Shown piece after piece: positions 1-10,012 of a stretch of DNA of 64,000 bases. The stretch lies in NCBI GenBank assembly GCA_963748825.1, contig CAVVKN010000010.1:96001-160000 (forward strand), written 5' to 3'. The number at the start of each line of letters is the position of its first letter. Position 1 is the first letter of the stretch. This DNA is from Methanotrichaceae archaeon (GTDB lineage: Archaea > Halobacteriota > Methanosarcinia > Methanotrichales > Methanotrichaceae). Made by a program: the position numbers and the translations under genes. Below the pieces are notes generated by a model. That model saw only the letters and a program-made list of their open reading frames with translations, ran no database searches and was not told the origin of the DNA.

Positions 1-147
1 TTCCTCCTGCTGTCTGATCAGCCGGAGTGCCGCGCGCGGTGAAACGCGCGAGAGAGCTCGGGCGCCCTCAACGCCGGGCAGGCTTGGGAAGTGATGTTTT
101 GGTTTGTTCTTGTGTTGATAACTATACAAATATTTCAGATAGCGGTC

Positions 148-471
148 TCATCTACCCAGTACCTTCTCATGGGTGCCAATTTTGACGATAACGATGGTAC
201 GAACCTTATAATCCATCCTGTAAATAATAACCCAGTGATCCTTAACATGGACTTCCCGGTGCCCGGCTTTATCATGACTTAAGACCTCACCACACTCTGA
301 GTTCGTGCGGAGTTTTTCAAAACGTTTTCTAAATTGTTCGAAAAGAACTCGATCCTTCTTTTTAATTCGTGATAGTTGATTCTTGACTTCGTCGGGAAAA
401 AACAGGTTATACGGATCCTCAACTGTTGCTTGATCAGATTTCGGCTTGCTAAGGCTTCTTTCTCTGACCAT
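148..471 (-). CDS. Type II toxin-antitoxin RelE/YafQ-family mRNA interferase toxin
   Basis: Small basic protein with RelE-like pattern (LSHDKAGHREVHVKDHWVIIYRMD...KIGTHE); lies 12 nt downstream of a small acidic ORF. Confidence 0.8.
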   Translation of the reverse strand: MVRERSLSKPKSDQATVEDPYNLFFPDEVKNQLSRIKKKDRVLFEQFRKRFEKLRTNSECGEVLSHDKAGHREVHVKDHWVIIYRMDYKVRTIVIVKIGTHEKVLGR

Positions 472-483
472 AATTAATAACGC

Positions 484-651
484 TCAAATGCCGTCTAGAA
501 AAGCATCTAGCTCCTTGGCGTTTGTGACTCGCGTACCCTGAGATCGCTTGTACTGCTCCCAGGCTTTATCTGCATCCACCAAGAGAGCCGTAGTGTCCTT
601 CTCGAACTCATCTTCGATAGGGGTAACTGTCCCCTTCACTATGCCGGCCAT
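484..651 (-). CDS. Putative antitoxin (55 aa, acidic) of the RelE/YafQ-like toxin
   Basis: Upstream of and co-oriented with the toxin; ATG at 651 (MAGIVKG...ELDAFLDGI) preferred over the 723 start because an AT-rich TATA-like stretch lies at about 672-688. Confidence 0.65.
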   Translation of the reverse strand: MAGIVKGTVTPIEDEFEKDTTALLVDADKAWEQYKRSQGTRVTNAKELDAFLDGI

Positions 652-808
652 CTTAGATCCTAATGGAATGCTTTGTATAAATAAATTGGCTATACCCCAA
701 ATACATGGGTGAGTTTGAATCATTGGTATGTGTTTAGCTCCCTCAGAATAGCTCGATAGAAGCTGGTTTCAGTCAATGAAATGCATGACAAAAAGACTTG
801 CTCGGTTC

Positions 809-1516
809 TTATCTCCTTCCATACGGGCACACAAAAAGACACATCCCGCACACTCCATATCCCGTCTTCTCTTCCAGATCCTTCAGGTACCGCTCGCACT
901 TTCTGGCATCATATCTTGCCTCCCGTGGCTCATCTTCCCGGAAGGGCCGTCCAGTGAACGCGGCCTGTGGGCAAATTTCCACGCACTCACGGCATTCTCC
1001 ACAGCGCTCTGCCATTGCAGAGCCTGTTGCTTGCATCGGCGCGTCGGTAAGCACCGTGGCCCAGCGCACGCGAGGTCCCGCTTCCGGAGTGATTAGCAGG
1101 CAGCTTTTGCCGATCCAGCCCAGGCCAGCCATGTGTGCCGCCAGCTTATGAGAGAATATGGCGGCAACTCGGTCATCGACCACAGCGCGCTTCGAGGCCG
1201 GAATTGGGAATGCCCGGTAACCCTGGCGCTGCAGTGAACTGCTGAGGCGCAGGGCAATGGTGTCCAGGAGGTCGTTTACTATGTCGTAAGCGTGGTGCTT
1301 ATATTCCATCGCCACGGCCTTTTCGCTCCTTTCAGGAAGCTGGTCTACGATAGGGTTGAGTAGGGCGATTCCAATGGAAATCGCCTTTGGGTATTGGGCC
1401 AGACTTTCTCCGCCCTGCCATGAGATGAAATCATGGGCCGGCGCAAGATCGGCCACACCGAAGAAATCTGCACCCAAATCCTCCGCGGTCGCACGAATTC
1501 TGGCATCCAACTGCAT
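809..1516 (-). CDS. Epoxyqueuosine reductase (QueG)-like 4Fe-4S double-cluster protein
   Basis: [30 protein letters not shown], CxxCxxCxxxCP and [11 protein letters not shown] motifs. Confidence 0.8.
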   Translation of the reverse strand: MQLDARIRATAEDLGADFFGVADLAPAHDFISWQGGESLAQYPKAISIGIALLNPIVDQLPERSEKAVAMEYKHHAYDIVNDLLDTIALRLSSSLQRQGYRAFPIPASKRAVVDDRVAAIFSHKLAAHMAGLGWIGKSCLLITPEAGPRVRWATVLTDAPMQATGSAMAERCGECRECVEICPQAAFTGRPFREDEPREARYDARKCERYLKDLEEKTGYGVCGMCLFVCPYGRR

Positions 1517-1800
1517 AGCTTGATAATTCTACCATTGCATAGTGATAATAGCTGCGGTGAGACTGCCGTTTCGATGGTGCCACAGCATTTCAGCCAGGAC
1601 CGGCCCTCGCCGGTACAGGCATACGCGCGCGGAGGGCTGTCGGAAAAATTGACTCCCTGTATCGCTTTGTGGCAAACAATAGAGAATGCACAGCATTTCC
1701 TGGCTGGCAAAGCGGCTGCAACATTCTAATATTCCCGATCTGGTACGCATTGACTAGGACAAGCCAGCCTTCGACATTTATGAACCAAAATCCAGGCTAA

Positions 1801-1925
1801 TAGTCGTCTCCGTTCATTCGTCCTCTGTGCGCTCTGTGACTCTGTGGTATAATTTCGTAACCCCCAGGGTTTGATTATTCAGCTAGCGAATATTAACCGC
1901 AGAGACGCAGAGCTCGCAGAGACGG
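1801..1925. repeat. Dispersed palindromic repeat element, copy 1 (ctctgtg/cacagag units)
   Basis: Reverse complement of 1801-1885 closely matches 8083-8170; followed by aaccgcagagacgcagagctcgcagag. Confidence 0.7.
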
Positions 1926-1953
1926 GAAATTATGTGGTGAGCGTATTCTCAAG

Positions 1954-4900
1954 TCAGGAAATAGCCGCCGTGCCGTTCTCCAGCCGCATCCCGTCGGCGC
2001 CGCCCAGCTTGACCACAGGAAGTCCGGAGGAGCTGGCCTTCGGGCCCAGGCCAGCCTCGAATGCCTGCGGATCCATATTCTCCGAGCTCCAGGCATCATC
2101 TATTCTCTCCAGCTCCTGTGCCTTCCTGACTGAGGACCAGATCCACCAGATGCACCGCGGAAACCTCGCCCTGGTTCATGAACAGCGTGGGATCAAACTG
2201 AAGTAGCATCGTGGCATTGCCGGCGGATAGATCGCTCTCTACGCTCTCTTCACCCATTTCGTCTCCAACGTCATCCACAATGATGCCCTGCAGCTCGTAA
2301 CTGCCGGGCTTGATGACAGTCACATTTACTCCGATGGCGATGGTGGTGGGGGTCGTCCGGTTGACATATTCGCCGGTCAAATAGGCTGCAGGTGGCTGGA
2401 ACTCTTTTGGCTCTCTATCTATGGTAATCTCTTTGTCGAATCGATCGATGTAGCTTCCACTCTTATCGTAGAGTATGAGGTTCTGAATCATCATCGGCCC
2501 GCACTTGCCATATCTCCAAATATCGGTGCCGCTGGCATTGACCATTATGCTTCCGCTCTCTTTGAGCGCAAAGCTGCGATCTATTGTTCCAATCCAGCCG
2601 CCGATGCAATCGACCAGCACCCCGTTTAGCCGGAACTCTCCGGGCGCTGTGATGTTCAGGCCGAAGCCCAATGTAAGCACGTCAAAGAGGCCGTCGCCAT
2701 CGAGGTCCACGGCCTCTTCTTTCGTAAGGCCCGTCAGCCTTGTGCCGGCAATGGTCACGCTCACCGGAATCTCAAAGGTGTGGCTGTCCGAAGAGATCTT
2801 TATGTATCCGTCCAACCTGGAAAGCGATGTACCTTCCGGTATGGTGAGATTGGCCTCCACCGTCCCATTGGAGTCGCTCTCTAACCGTTCTGGGCCTTTG
2901 GTCGTGATCCAGGTCCACTGCTCCTCGGCATATTCCTTGACGCTGACTCTAAAAGACTCTCCCGCCTTCGGAACATTGTATCCGTAAACCTTTAGCGTCC
3001 AGTTGCCTACTTCTGGATTGGTGATTTCCAATGGACCTATATCGCCTGAGCCTAAAGCCGCGTTCTCCTCACTGGCAATGCCCTCAGGATTCTCGAAGAC
3101 AAGCGCAACCTCGCTGTCATTGCTTCCACCAACAGAGCTTAACTCTGCCGATATCTTCTTCGTTCTCTCGGTGACATTTACAGTTTTATTCCATGTTTCT
3201 TTATATCCCACATGGCCCTCAAACTCCCGGCGAGTGGTGTTCTCGATCACCCCGGTGTAGCTGAGGTTTTGCAGAGACAGCCCAACATTCCTCAGTGCAA
3301 ACTGTGTTTTGGTGCTTGTGCCGGCAGATGCAGACTCCAAATTCCAGCGGATGGGAGATGTCTCTAACTGAGATCGTTCTACCTGCAATGTATAGTTGGC
3401 CGCCTGCGATATATTTTCACTATGCACGGCAATAAGCCATTTTCCCGAGGACGGAGACTGTATCTTCTTTATCCTTTGTTGGCTTATCTTCTCACCTGTG
3501 TAATACTCGCTGGTGGGGGAGAGCAGGAAAAGATCGAGGTTAGTGTCCTGCTGCCACGTTAAAGATGCTTCGAACTCAGTGGTTCCGGGCGTCATCTCCA
3601 GATAATAGTAATTCCATTCGTTTCCTATAAGCGATCCTGTCTTATTGCCCACTCCACGGGAGATATCGAGGAGGCTGGCCACATTCACGCTGATGGGAAT
3701 CTGGAGCAGATTCTCATTTTCTTTTGTGATCTCAATGGTGCCGTTATAAATGCCTGGAAGGGTGTCCTGCGGCACGGTAATCGAAGCCGCAAAGACCTTC
3801 TGATCGTTGGCCAGAATTGTTTCCGGCAGGAGCTGCAGGCTTACCCAATCGGATACATCTCCCTGCACAGATGTTTTGAGATTTTTTATCTCCTGATCGC
3901 TGAAGAATACGAAGCGCAAATTCCAGTCTTCATCGCCCGGAGCAAGAGCATATATCTTCTTTTGCGGCCTGTCTGCGCCCGTATCCAGCCCCACATATAC
4001 TCCTTTTCCTGCCGGCAGGTACGCCCAGCGACCTGCCGTCCAGCGATCCGGAATCACTCCGCAGATATTATCACTATTCTGCAGGACCTCATAGGAAGAA
4101 AGAGCATCCAGCATTCCTGCACCCTGATAGTACTCTTCGTAACTGTCACCCTGGGTGCTATTCAGTTTTTTTGCCCCTCGGGTCATGGCCGCCTTGACGC
4201 CGGCTGCAGTGAGATTGCCGTTTGCCTGCAAGAGCAGTGCGGACAGACCTGCCGCCACTGGTGCAGATAGGCTGGTGCCCGACTCTTGGGAATAATAAGT
4301 ATCGACAGATTTCGGCCTTTTCACACCGACGGGTACGATAGAGATGATATCAACGCCCGGTGCGACAACGTCAGGCTTGATCCGATCGTCCCTGGTGGGC
4401 CCGGAGCCGGAAAAGCTGGCGATGTGGCCATTTTTATCTGCAGCCCCTACGGTGATGACCTTTACGCCGTCTCCCGGTGAGTCGATTAGACCGGGAGGCA
4501 GAGCCAGAACTACGGGCACAAATAGAAGTAGTACATCTTTATTTCCGGATTTTTCGAGCTGAGAGATCCCGACGGCGGACTTCTCGATATTGGACTTCTC
4601 TAGATCGGTCTTCTCGATGCCGCTCTTCTCGATAGCAAGCTCCTCTAAATTATCATTCTCGACAGAAGAATTGCCTATATCCTCAATGGAGGCGCTTCTT
4701 ACCTGTCCCTCTGCCTTGCTGCTGTTGCGGTTGCCTGCCGCCACGCAGACCACGACTCCGGCACCTGCAGCATTGTCCGCAGCCATGGTTATGGGCGGAT
4801 TCGTTTCGCCCAGATTTATGCCACCCAGGCTGAGGCTCAGGACATCGGCTCCGCTATAAACAGCCCATTCGATTCCTGCGATGATATCCGATACTTTGCC

Positions 4901-5632
4901 GTCCCCTTTGCCATCGATTACTTTGACACTGATCAGCTTTGCTCCGGGTGCAATTCCTTTGTATTTTCCATTGGAGGCCGCACCTGAGCCGGCAATGATT
5001 CCTGCTACCATTGTTCCGTGCCCCAGCAGATCATCTGCCGTGATCTCATCCGCCAGGAAATTCTTCTCGGCTACTACCTTGCCGATCAGGTCGGGGTGAT
5101 TCTTGTCTATCCCTGAATCGAGTACCGCAACGGTTATTCCCTGGCCGTCGATCCCCTTTTCCCAGAGCTTGTCTGCCTTTATGGTTTGAGCAGGAGATAT
5201 ATATTCTTCATTTGAGATAGATTTTTCCAGAGATGAGTTCTCGTCGGGTGAAGATATTTGTGTTCTGCCGTCAAAATAAATTCCTGATACCCAGTCGCTT
5301 TCTGCAATCTTTTTTATAGCATTGGCCGTAGCCTCTCCTGCCAGGCCGGGAATGAGATTATACCTATACCTAACAGTGAGGTCGCTAGAAATGAGATCCT
5401 CTGGGATAATGCGGTCTGGGTTGGAAGGGACGTTCGATTTGAGCATCACAATTACTGGGATCTTTTCCGCAAGGATCAGACCATTTTCTTCCTGAGCGAG
5501 CAGCTCTGCAAGCTCTGGATCGATCTTCTGGTCGGCAGTAGAAAGAAGCTTTGCTGCCTGTACAGTGGAGAAGGCTGCCAAAATTATGCATACAGCAGAA
5601 ATTAGAATTAAAATATTTCGATTCATAATCAC
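1954..5632 (-). CDS. Secreted S8 subtilisin-like serine peptidase with C-terminal accessory domains; apparent 1-nt frameshift near 2116 (ORF as computed ends at 2096)
   Basis: Signal peptide; catalytic motifs VAVLDSG, GHGTMVAG, SGTSLSAP; oxyanion AAGN; alternative frame continues ELERIDDAWSSENMDP... to TGA at 1954. Confidence 0.9.
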
Positions 5633-5700
5633 CCAAACCTGTCTAACGATGTATCCCCGGGCCCTACCCTAAAATCCCAACATAGGGATGTAAGTAGATA

Positions 5701-6513
5701 ATGCTAAATAAACCTGTGGTACTTCTAGGATTGATGATACTGGAATGGCTGGTTTCCTATCTGCTCTGGATTAGCTTGGTTCTACTCTTAGCATCAGCCC
5801 TGACCAGGATCAGCCGCATCGCAGTTCCCGGATGGGGGCTCTTTGCATTCTTCTGGCTCGGCCAGATAGAGCATTATCTGGCTATAGTGGACTACTTCAA
5901 TGTGGCTCTCTTTTTGGCGGCAGGTCTCTTGAGCTTCTACATGGCCTGGATTGTGATGAGCAGGGGCTTTTCTTCAAAGGCGTGCTATTGGGCGAGCTAT
6001 GCGGCTGCAGCCTGCGGAATTATCTATTTTCCCTTTGCCGAAGTACAGGCTCTTCAGGTCTGGCTGATTGGACTTACCACCCTTGTAACCGCAAAGACGC
6101 TGCAATTCCTCTCCGTCCCCGTGATCATGGAAAGCTGGAATATAATGAGCCTCAACGGCCGGTCGGTGCAAATCATCCTGGCCTGCACGGCCATTGAGAG
6201 CATTGCCTTATTCGCCGGAGTGATTTTATCAGTAGAGGCACCCCCCGGACGCAAGCTGGCGGCGCTGGCAGCATCTACATTCTCCATCTATCTCTTGAAC
6301 ATTGTGAGAAATGGATTTGTACTCATGGCCTACGGATGGAGTTGGTTTGGGGAAGGCAGCTTTGATATCGCTCATAATATCATAGCTAAGATGGGATCGA
6401 CGTTAGCGCTCCTGGTCATATCTTACCTGGTATTCTTGCTCTTGCCAGAGCTTTTATCAATCATTGATGAGCTGGCAGCTGAGATCAAACCGGGAAAAGG
6501 AGATGCAGCATGA
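5701..6513 (+). CDS. artA: Archaeosortase A
   Basis: Multi-pass membrane protein with ILACTAIESIALF (catalytic Cys), LNIVRN (Arg) and AHNIIAK (His); true start may be 5731/5734. Confidence 0.9.
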   Translation: MLNKPVVLLGLMILEWLVSYLLWISLVLLLASALTRISRIAVPGWGLFAFFWLGQIEHYLAIVDYFNVALFLAAGLLSFYMAWIVMSRGFSSKACYWASYAAAACGIIYFPFAEVQALQVWLIGLTTLVTAKTLQFLSVPVIMESWNIMSLNGRSVQIILACTAIESIALFAGVILSVEAPPGRKLAALAASTFSIYLLNIVRNGFVLMAYGWSWFGEGSFDIAHNIIAKMGSTLALLVISYLVFLLLPELLSIIDELAAEIKPGKGDAA

Positions 6514-7097
6514 AGCTGGCAAAAAATTCTACCGTATGGGTATCGGTGCCCATTTTTCTTACTGCTGGGCTGGCCGCGGCAGGAATTTGGTTATTGTCGG
6601 CTGTGGCTTTGGCAGGCTTTATTTTCATGATCTTCTTTCACCGGGATCCGGATCGTTTGCCGCGAGGCGAAGGCATGCTTTCGCCTGCAGACGGAAAAAT
6701 CATCCAGGCCACGCCGGACAGAATCACCATCTTTATGAGTCCTTCCAATGTACATGTTAACCGGGCGCCACTGGATGGCTTTGTACGCAATATCGAATAC
6801 CGGAAAGGCACTCATCTGCCTGCCTTTATGGGGCGGGCATGCAAGAACCAGCAGAACAGGATGCATTTGGAGACAGATGACGGAGACATGGAGCTGCGCC
6901 AGATAACGGGAACCCTGGTCCGGGAGATCGTCTGCTACGTTCGTCCCGGAGATCTGGTGTCGCGAGGAGAAAGGATAGGCATGATCCGCTTCGGCTCGAG
7001 GGTAGAAGTTAGCATTCCCATTGGTTACAGTCTGCTAGTAAATAAGGGCGACAAGGTCCGGGCGGGAGAGACGGTGGTTGCAGTGAGGAGTTCATGA
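6510..7097 (+). CDS. psd: Archaetidylserine/phosphatidylserine decarboxylase proenzyme
   Basis: FFHRDPDR, SPADG, NVHVNRAP, IRFGSRV self-cleavage motif; ATGA overlap with artA. Confidence 0.92.
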   Translation: MKLAKNSTVWVSVPIFLTAGLAAAGIWLLSAVALAGFIFMIFFHRDPDRLPRGEGMLSPADGKIIQATPDRITIFMSPSNVHVNRAPLDGFVRNIEYRKGTHLPAFMGRACKNQQNRMHLETDDGDMELRQITGTLVREIVCYVRPGDLVSRGERIGMIRFGSRVEVSIPIGYSLLVNKGDKVRAGETVVAVRSS

Positions 7098-7768
7098 ATG
7101 TCTTCCGGGTTATTCGGCTGCCGGACTTATTCACGCTTTTAAATGTCGTCTTCGGATTCCTGGCAATTCTTGCCGCGGGCAGAGCTTGGGGCGGCAATAT
7201 TCCCCAGTATGCCGTGGTGTTCATACTCTTGGCAGCAATGGCCGATGGCCTGGATGGGTTTTTGGCGAGAAAGGTGGGCGGCAGTCCCCTGGGAGCCAAC
7301 CTGGACTCTTTAGCGGACCTGATCTCCTTTGGCACAGCGCCAGTTTTTCTTGCCATCTCCACTTTTCATCTTCCGCCCCACATTTGGCCGGTGGGCATCT
7401 TCTTCCTGATCTGCGGGACGCTGCGCCTGGCCAGATTCAATGTCGTCTCCGGCAAAAGCGATTCGTTCTTTGAGGGGCTTCCCATTCCGGCAGCAGGCAT
7501 AGCACTTTCTGCCAGCGTTCTTTTGGGCAGGCCGACACTCACTATCGTGCTCATGCTGTTTTTAGCGCTGCTCATGGTGAGCAGCATCTCATATCCCAAG
7601 ATCAGAGATCTTCGCGTCATGCTAATCCTTGGCGGCATCTTCCTTGTGGTGGGATTGTTCCTTTTCCGCCAGCACGATATTCTTTATGCAACCCTTGTGG
7701 TGATCGCGCTTATCACCCTCTATCTGACAAGTCCGGTGGTGATCTCACGCCTACGAAAAGGGAAATAG
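7094..7768 (+). CDS. pssA: Archaetidylserine synthase (CDP-alcohol phosphatidyltransferase)
   Basis: DGLDGFLAR...G..LDSLAD CDP-alcohol motif, LRLARFN, FEGLPIP. Confidence 0.92.
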   Translation: MNVFRVIRLPDLFTLLNVVFGFLAILAAGRAWGGNIPQYAVVFILLAAMADGLDGFLARKVGGSPLGANLDSLADLISFGTAPVFLAISTFHLPPHIWPVGIFFLICGTLRLARFNVVSGKSDSFFEGLPIPAAGIALSASVLLGRPTLTIVLMLFLALLMVSSISYPKIRDLRVMLILGGIFLVVGLFLFRQHDILYATLVVIALITLYLTSPVVISRLRKGK

Positions 7769-8073
7769 CTGCTTTTGAGGCAGGCATCAAGCTGGGAGCT
7801 CTCTATCATCAGTTCGTTGGAGCGCCGGTGAGCCTGAAGACAGCAGCCGGCCTGGAAGAGGCCATGCAAGAGAGCATCTCCCTGCAGCCTTACGTGAAGA
7901 AGGTAAGCGTCAGCATAAACCGGCAGATGTTGAAGGAGAACTTCTTTGGATACGGCGAGCTGGAAGGGCGCATGATAATCGCCGAGGTGCAGATAGATTA
8001 TGAGGGCGAGGTGGTCATTGCCAGGCTGGTGTTTGATGCAGAAAAGAACTATCCGCTCATGAGTTTGGTCTAG
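7747..8073 (+). CDS. mptD: Archaeal dihydroneopterin aldolase (MptD family); conserved N-terminus lies upstream of the first canonical start (7828)
   Basis: In-frame REIAAFEAGIKLGALYHQFVGAPV upstream of the GTG at 7828; C-terminal NYPLM; candidate ACG start at 7747. Confidence 0.85.
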   Translation, partial: TPTKREIAAFEAGIKLGALYHQFVGAPVSLKTAAGLEEAMQESISLQPYVKKVSVSINRQMLKENFFGYGELEGRMIIAEVQIDYEGEVVIARLVFDAEKNYPLMSLV

Positions 8074-8082
8074 TCGAGATAA

Positions 8083-8245
8083 TAGCTCGATAATAAATCT
8101 CTGGTGGTATACGAAATAAAACCACAGAGGCACAGACATACGGAGCGCACTGAGGACGAACGCGGAGATTATTTAATGTCATTTTTTCAATCTACCCCGA
8201 TAGGAAAAGTTGCGCGTCTCTGTAAACTTTGTGCCTCTGTGGTTA
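8083..8245. repeat. Dispersed palindromic repeat element, copy 2
   Basis: aaccacagaggcaca (about 8120) pairs with tgtgcctctgtggtt (about 8230-8244); 5' part matches the reverse complement of 1801-1885. Confidence 0.7.
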
Positions 8246-8667
8246 ATAATAGTAAACGGACAATTTATCGTGGGCCGGTTCATAGGTCCACAAAAACACC
8301 CACTGGCGAGCGCATCAAGCAGCTTTGCTCCGAGGCCAGGAGGCTAAGGCGCTGCTCTGGCTGTCGCAGACGCGCAACGTGTACCTGGGGAGCTGCAAGA
8401 AGATGAGCCTCCAAGAGGCGCTGGCCGCATAAAAATTTATCTCTTTTCCTTCAAGCTTTGCCGCCCCAGGTAAACTTTTGAGATGGCATTTGGGAGCATC
8501 CTGAGTTCTGTTGGATTAAGCTTTAGGATTACAGCAATTCTGGCAAGCTACCCAGAAAGCTAATAAATGTTGGGCGGCTGAAATTATTCCAATTGCATTC
8601 GTATTCCGGAGAAAATTCTTTGAATGAGTGATGCTGACAAATTGCATGATACTGAACGGAGAGCAAG

Positions 8668-9618
8668 ATGTTAAGAAGGATTCTACGCTGGATTGCGATT
8701 GGGTTGATCTTAGCGGTGGTTTTGGTTTCTGCAGCATATTTCTGGGATATGAATCGAGCCTATGAACGGGTCCATGGAAAGAGCACGGTCATGGCTTCGC
8801 CTTATGGGGATATCGAATTCACTGAAGGTGGATCAGGTCCTGATGTACTGGTAATCCACGGTAGCGGCGGCGGCTACGATCAGGGAGAACTCCTTGCGCG
8901 GGCTGTGCTGGGCGACCAATTCCACTGGATTACGCCTTCGCGCTTTGGATATCTGCGCTCGACCTTCCACGAAGGTGCCACATTTGACGACCAGGCGCAT
9001 GCCTACGCGTATTTGCTCGACCAGCTGGGCATCAAAAAAGTTGCTGTCGTTGCATTATCTCATGGCGGCCCTTCAGCTCTACTCTTTGCCGTATTGCATC
9101 CTGAACGAGTATCCTCGCTTACACTCATCTCCTGCGGTGTTGCGTCTTCAGCCGCACAAGACCAAGTGCAGGCGAACCAGAAAGGCGATATGCTGATGAC
9201 TATTTACAAGCATGATCCGCTTTACTGGGCCATAACCAAGCTGTTCAAGAGGCAGTTTATGGAGCTAATGGGCGCCAACGACGCGGTCATTGCCGGTCTT
9301 AACCCCGGTCAGCGGGAATTGGTTGACCAGATTATTGATTACATGAATCCGGTTTCGCTGCGATCCGACGGTGTTGCTTTCGACAATAAGGCAACGATGC
9401 CGAATGAGAGGATTGCCGCAGTCCGAGCTCCGACCTTAATATTCCATGCCACAGACGACACACTGCAGCTCTACCACAATGCACAGTTCGCTGCTTCCAC
9501 CATTCCCGGTGCAAGGCTGGTCAGTTTTCAGAGAGGGGGCCACCTCCTCATGAGTGTCGAGCAATCGACCATCCGGACGGTCATGCAAAAGCACATCCTC
9601 GACCACATAGGCGAGTAG
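8668..9618 (+). CDS. Alpha/beta hydrolase with N-terminal membrane anchor
   Basis: VIHGSGGG oxyanion loop, ALSHGG nucleophile elbow, HATDD, GGH. Confidence 0.85.
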   Translation: MLRRILRWIAIGLILAVVLVSAAYFWDMNRAYERVHGKSTVMASPYGDIEFTEGGSGPDVLVIHGSGGGYDQGELLARAVLGDQFHWITPSRFGYLRSTFHEGATFDDQAHAYAYLLDQLGIKKVAVVALSHGGPSALLFAVLHPERVSSLTLISCGVASSAAQDQVQANQKGDMLMTIYKHDPLYWAITKLFKRQFMELMGANDAVIAGLNPGQRELVDQIIDYMNPVSLRSDGVAFDNKATMPNERIAAVRAPTLIFHATDDTLQLYHNAQFAASTIPGARLVSFQRGGHLLMSVEQSTIRTVMQKHILDHIGE

Positions 9619-9659
9619 TTCCCACAGAACCTGTGATCAATACAAATTAAGGGACCGCC

Positions 9660-10012
9660 AGGGCCTCGACCCTCTGTTCCAGGATCAGGCCGAGCTGCTC
9701 GACCAGCTCGTTTATCTCCTCTCGCCCTGCAGCACTGCGACGTTTCCAAAGAACGATATGCAACGCCTGGATGAATTTCTCTATCCACCGGAGGCGATAC
9801 GTGAAGGTTTGGTCAACGCATTTGCATACCGGGACTATACCGACTCTTCCGGCGGCATTGCGGTGCATATTTGCCCAAAACGACTGAAAATTTGGAACTC
9901 AGGCAGCTTGCCGGAAGGGATTACCCCAGAGACACTGATCAACGGACATCTTTCCATGCTTCGCAACCCGGATATCGCACATGTTCTTTATTTGCGCAGA
10001 TTTATGGAAAAG
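9660..10012 (+). pseudogene. Fragment of RecG-C-like/ATP-binding (HATPase-type) protein, cut off by an IS remnant
   Basis: YPPEAIREGLVNAFAYRDY, IWNSGSLP, LRNPDIAHVL motifs; no N-terminus; similarity ends at GGTAGT (10013). Confidence 0.7.

Noticed and set aside
14-75. Hammerhead ribozyme, group II intron domain V or RNase P RNA
   Set aside because: Core reads CTGATCA rather than CTGANGA and lacks the NUH triplet; domain V lower stem does not pair; the RNase P signature cannot be confirmed at the window edge
8104-8432. 100-aa ORF 8104-8406 and a short GC-rich coding-like remnant ending at 8432
   Set aside because: The ORF runs through the repeat element; the remnant is too short to identify
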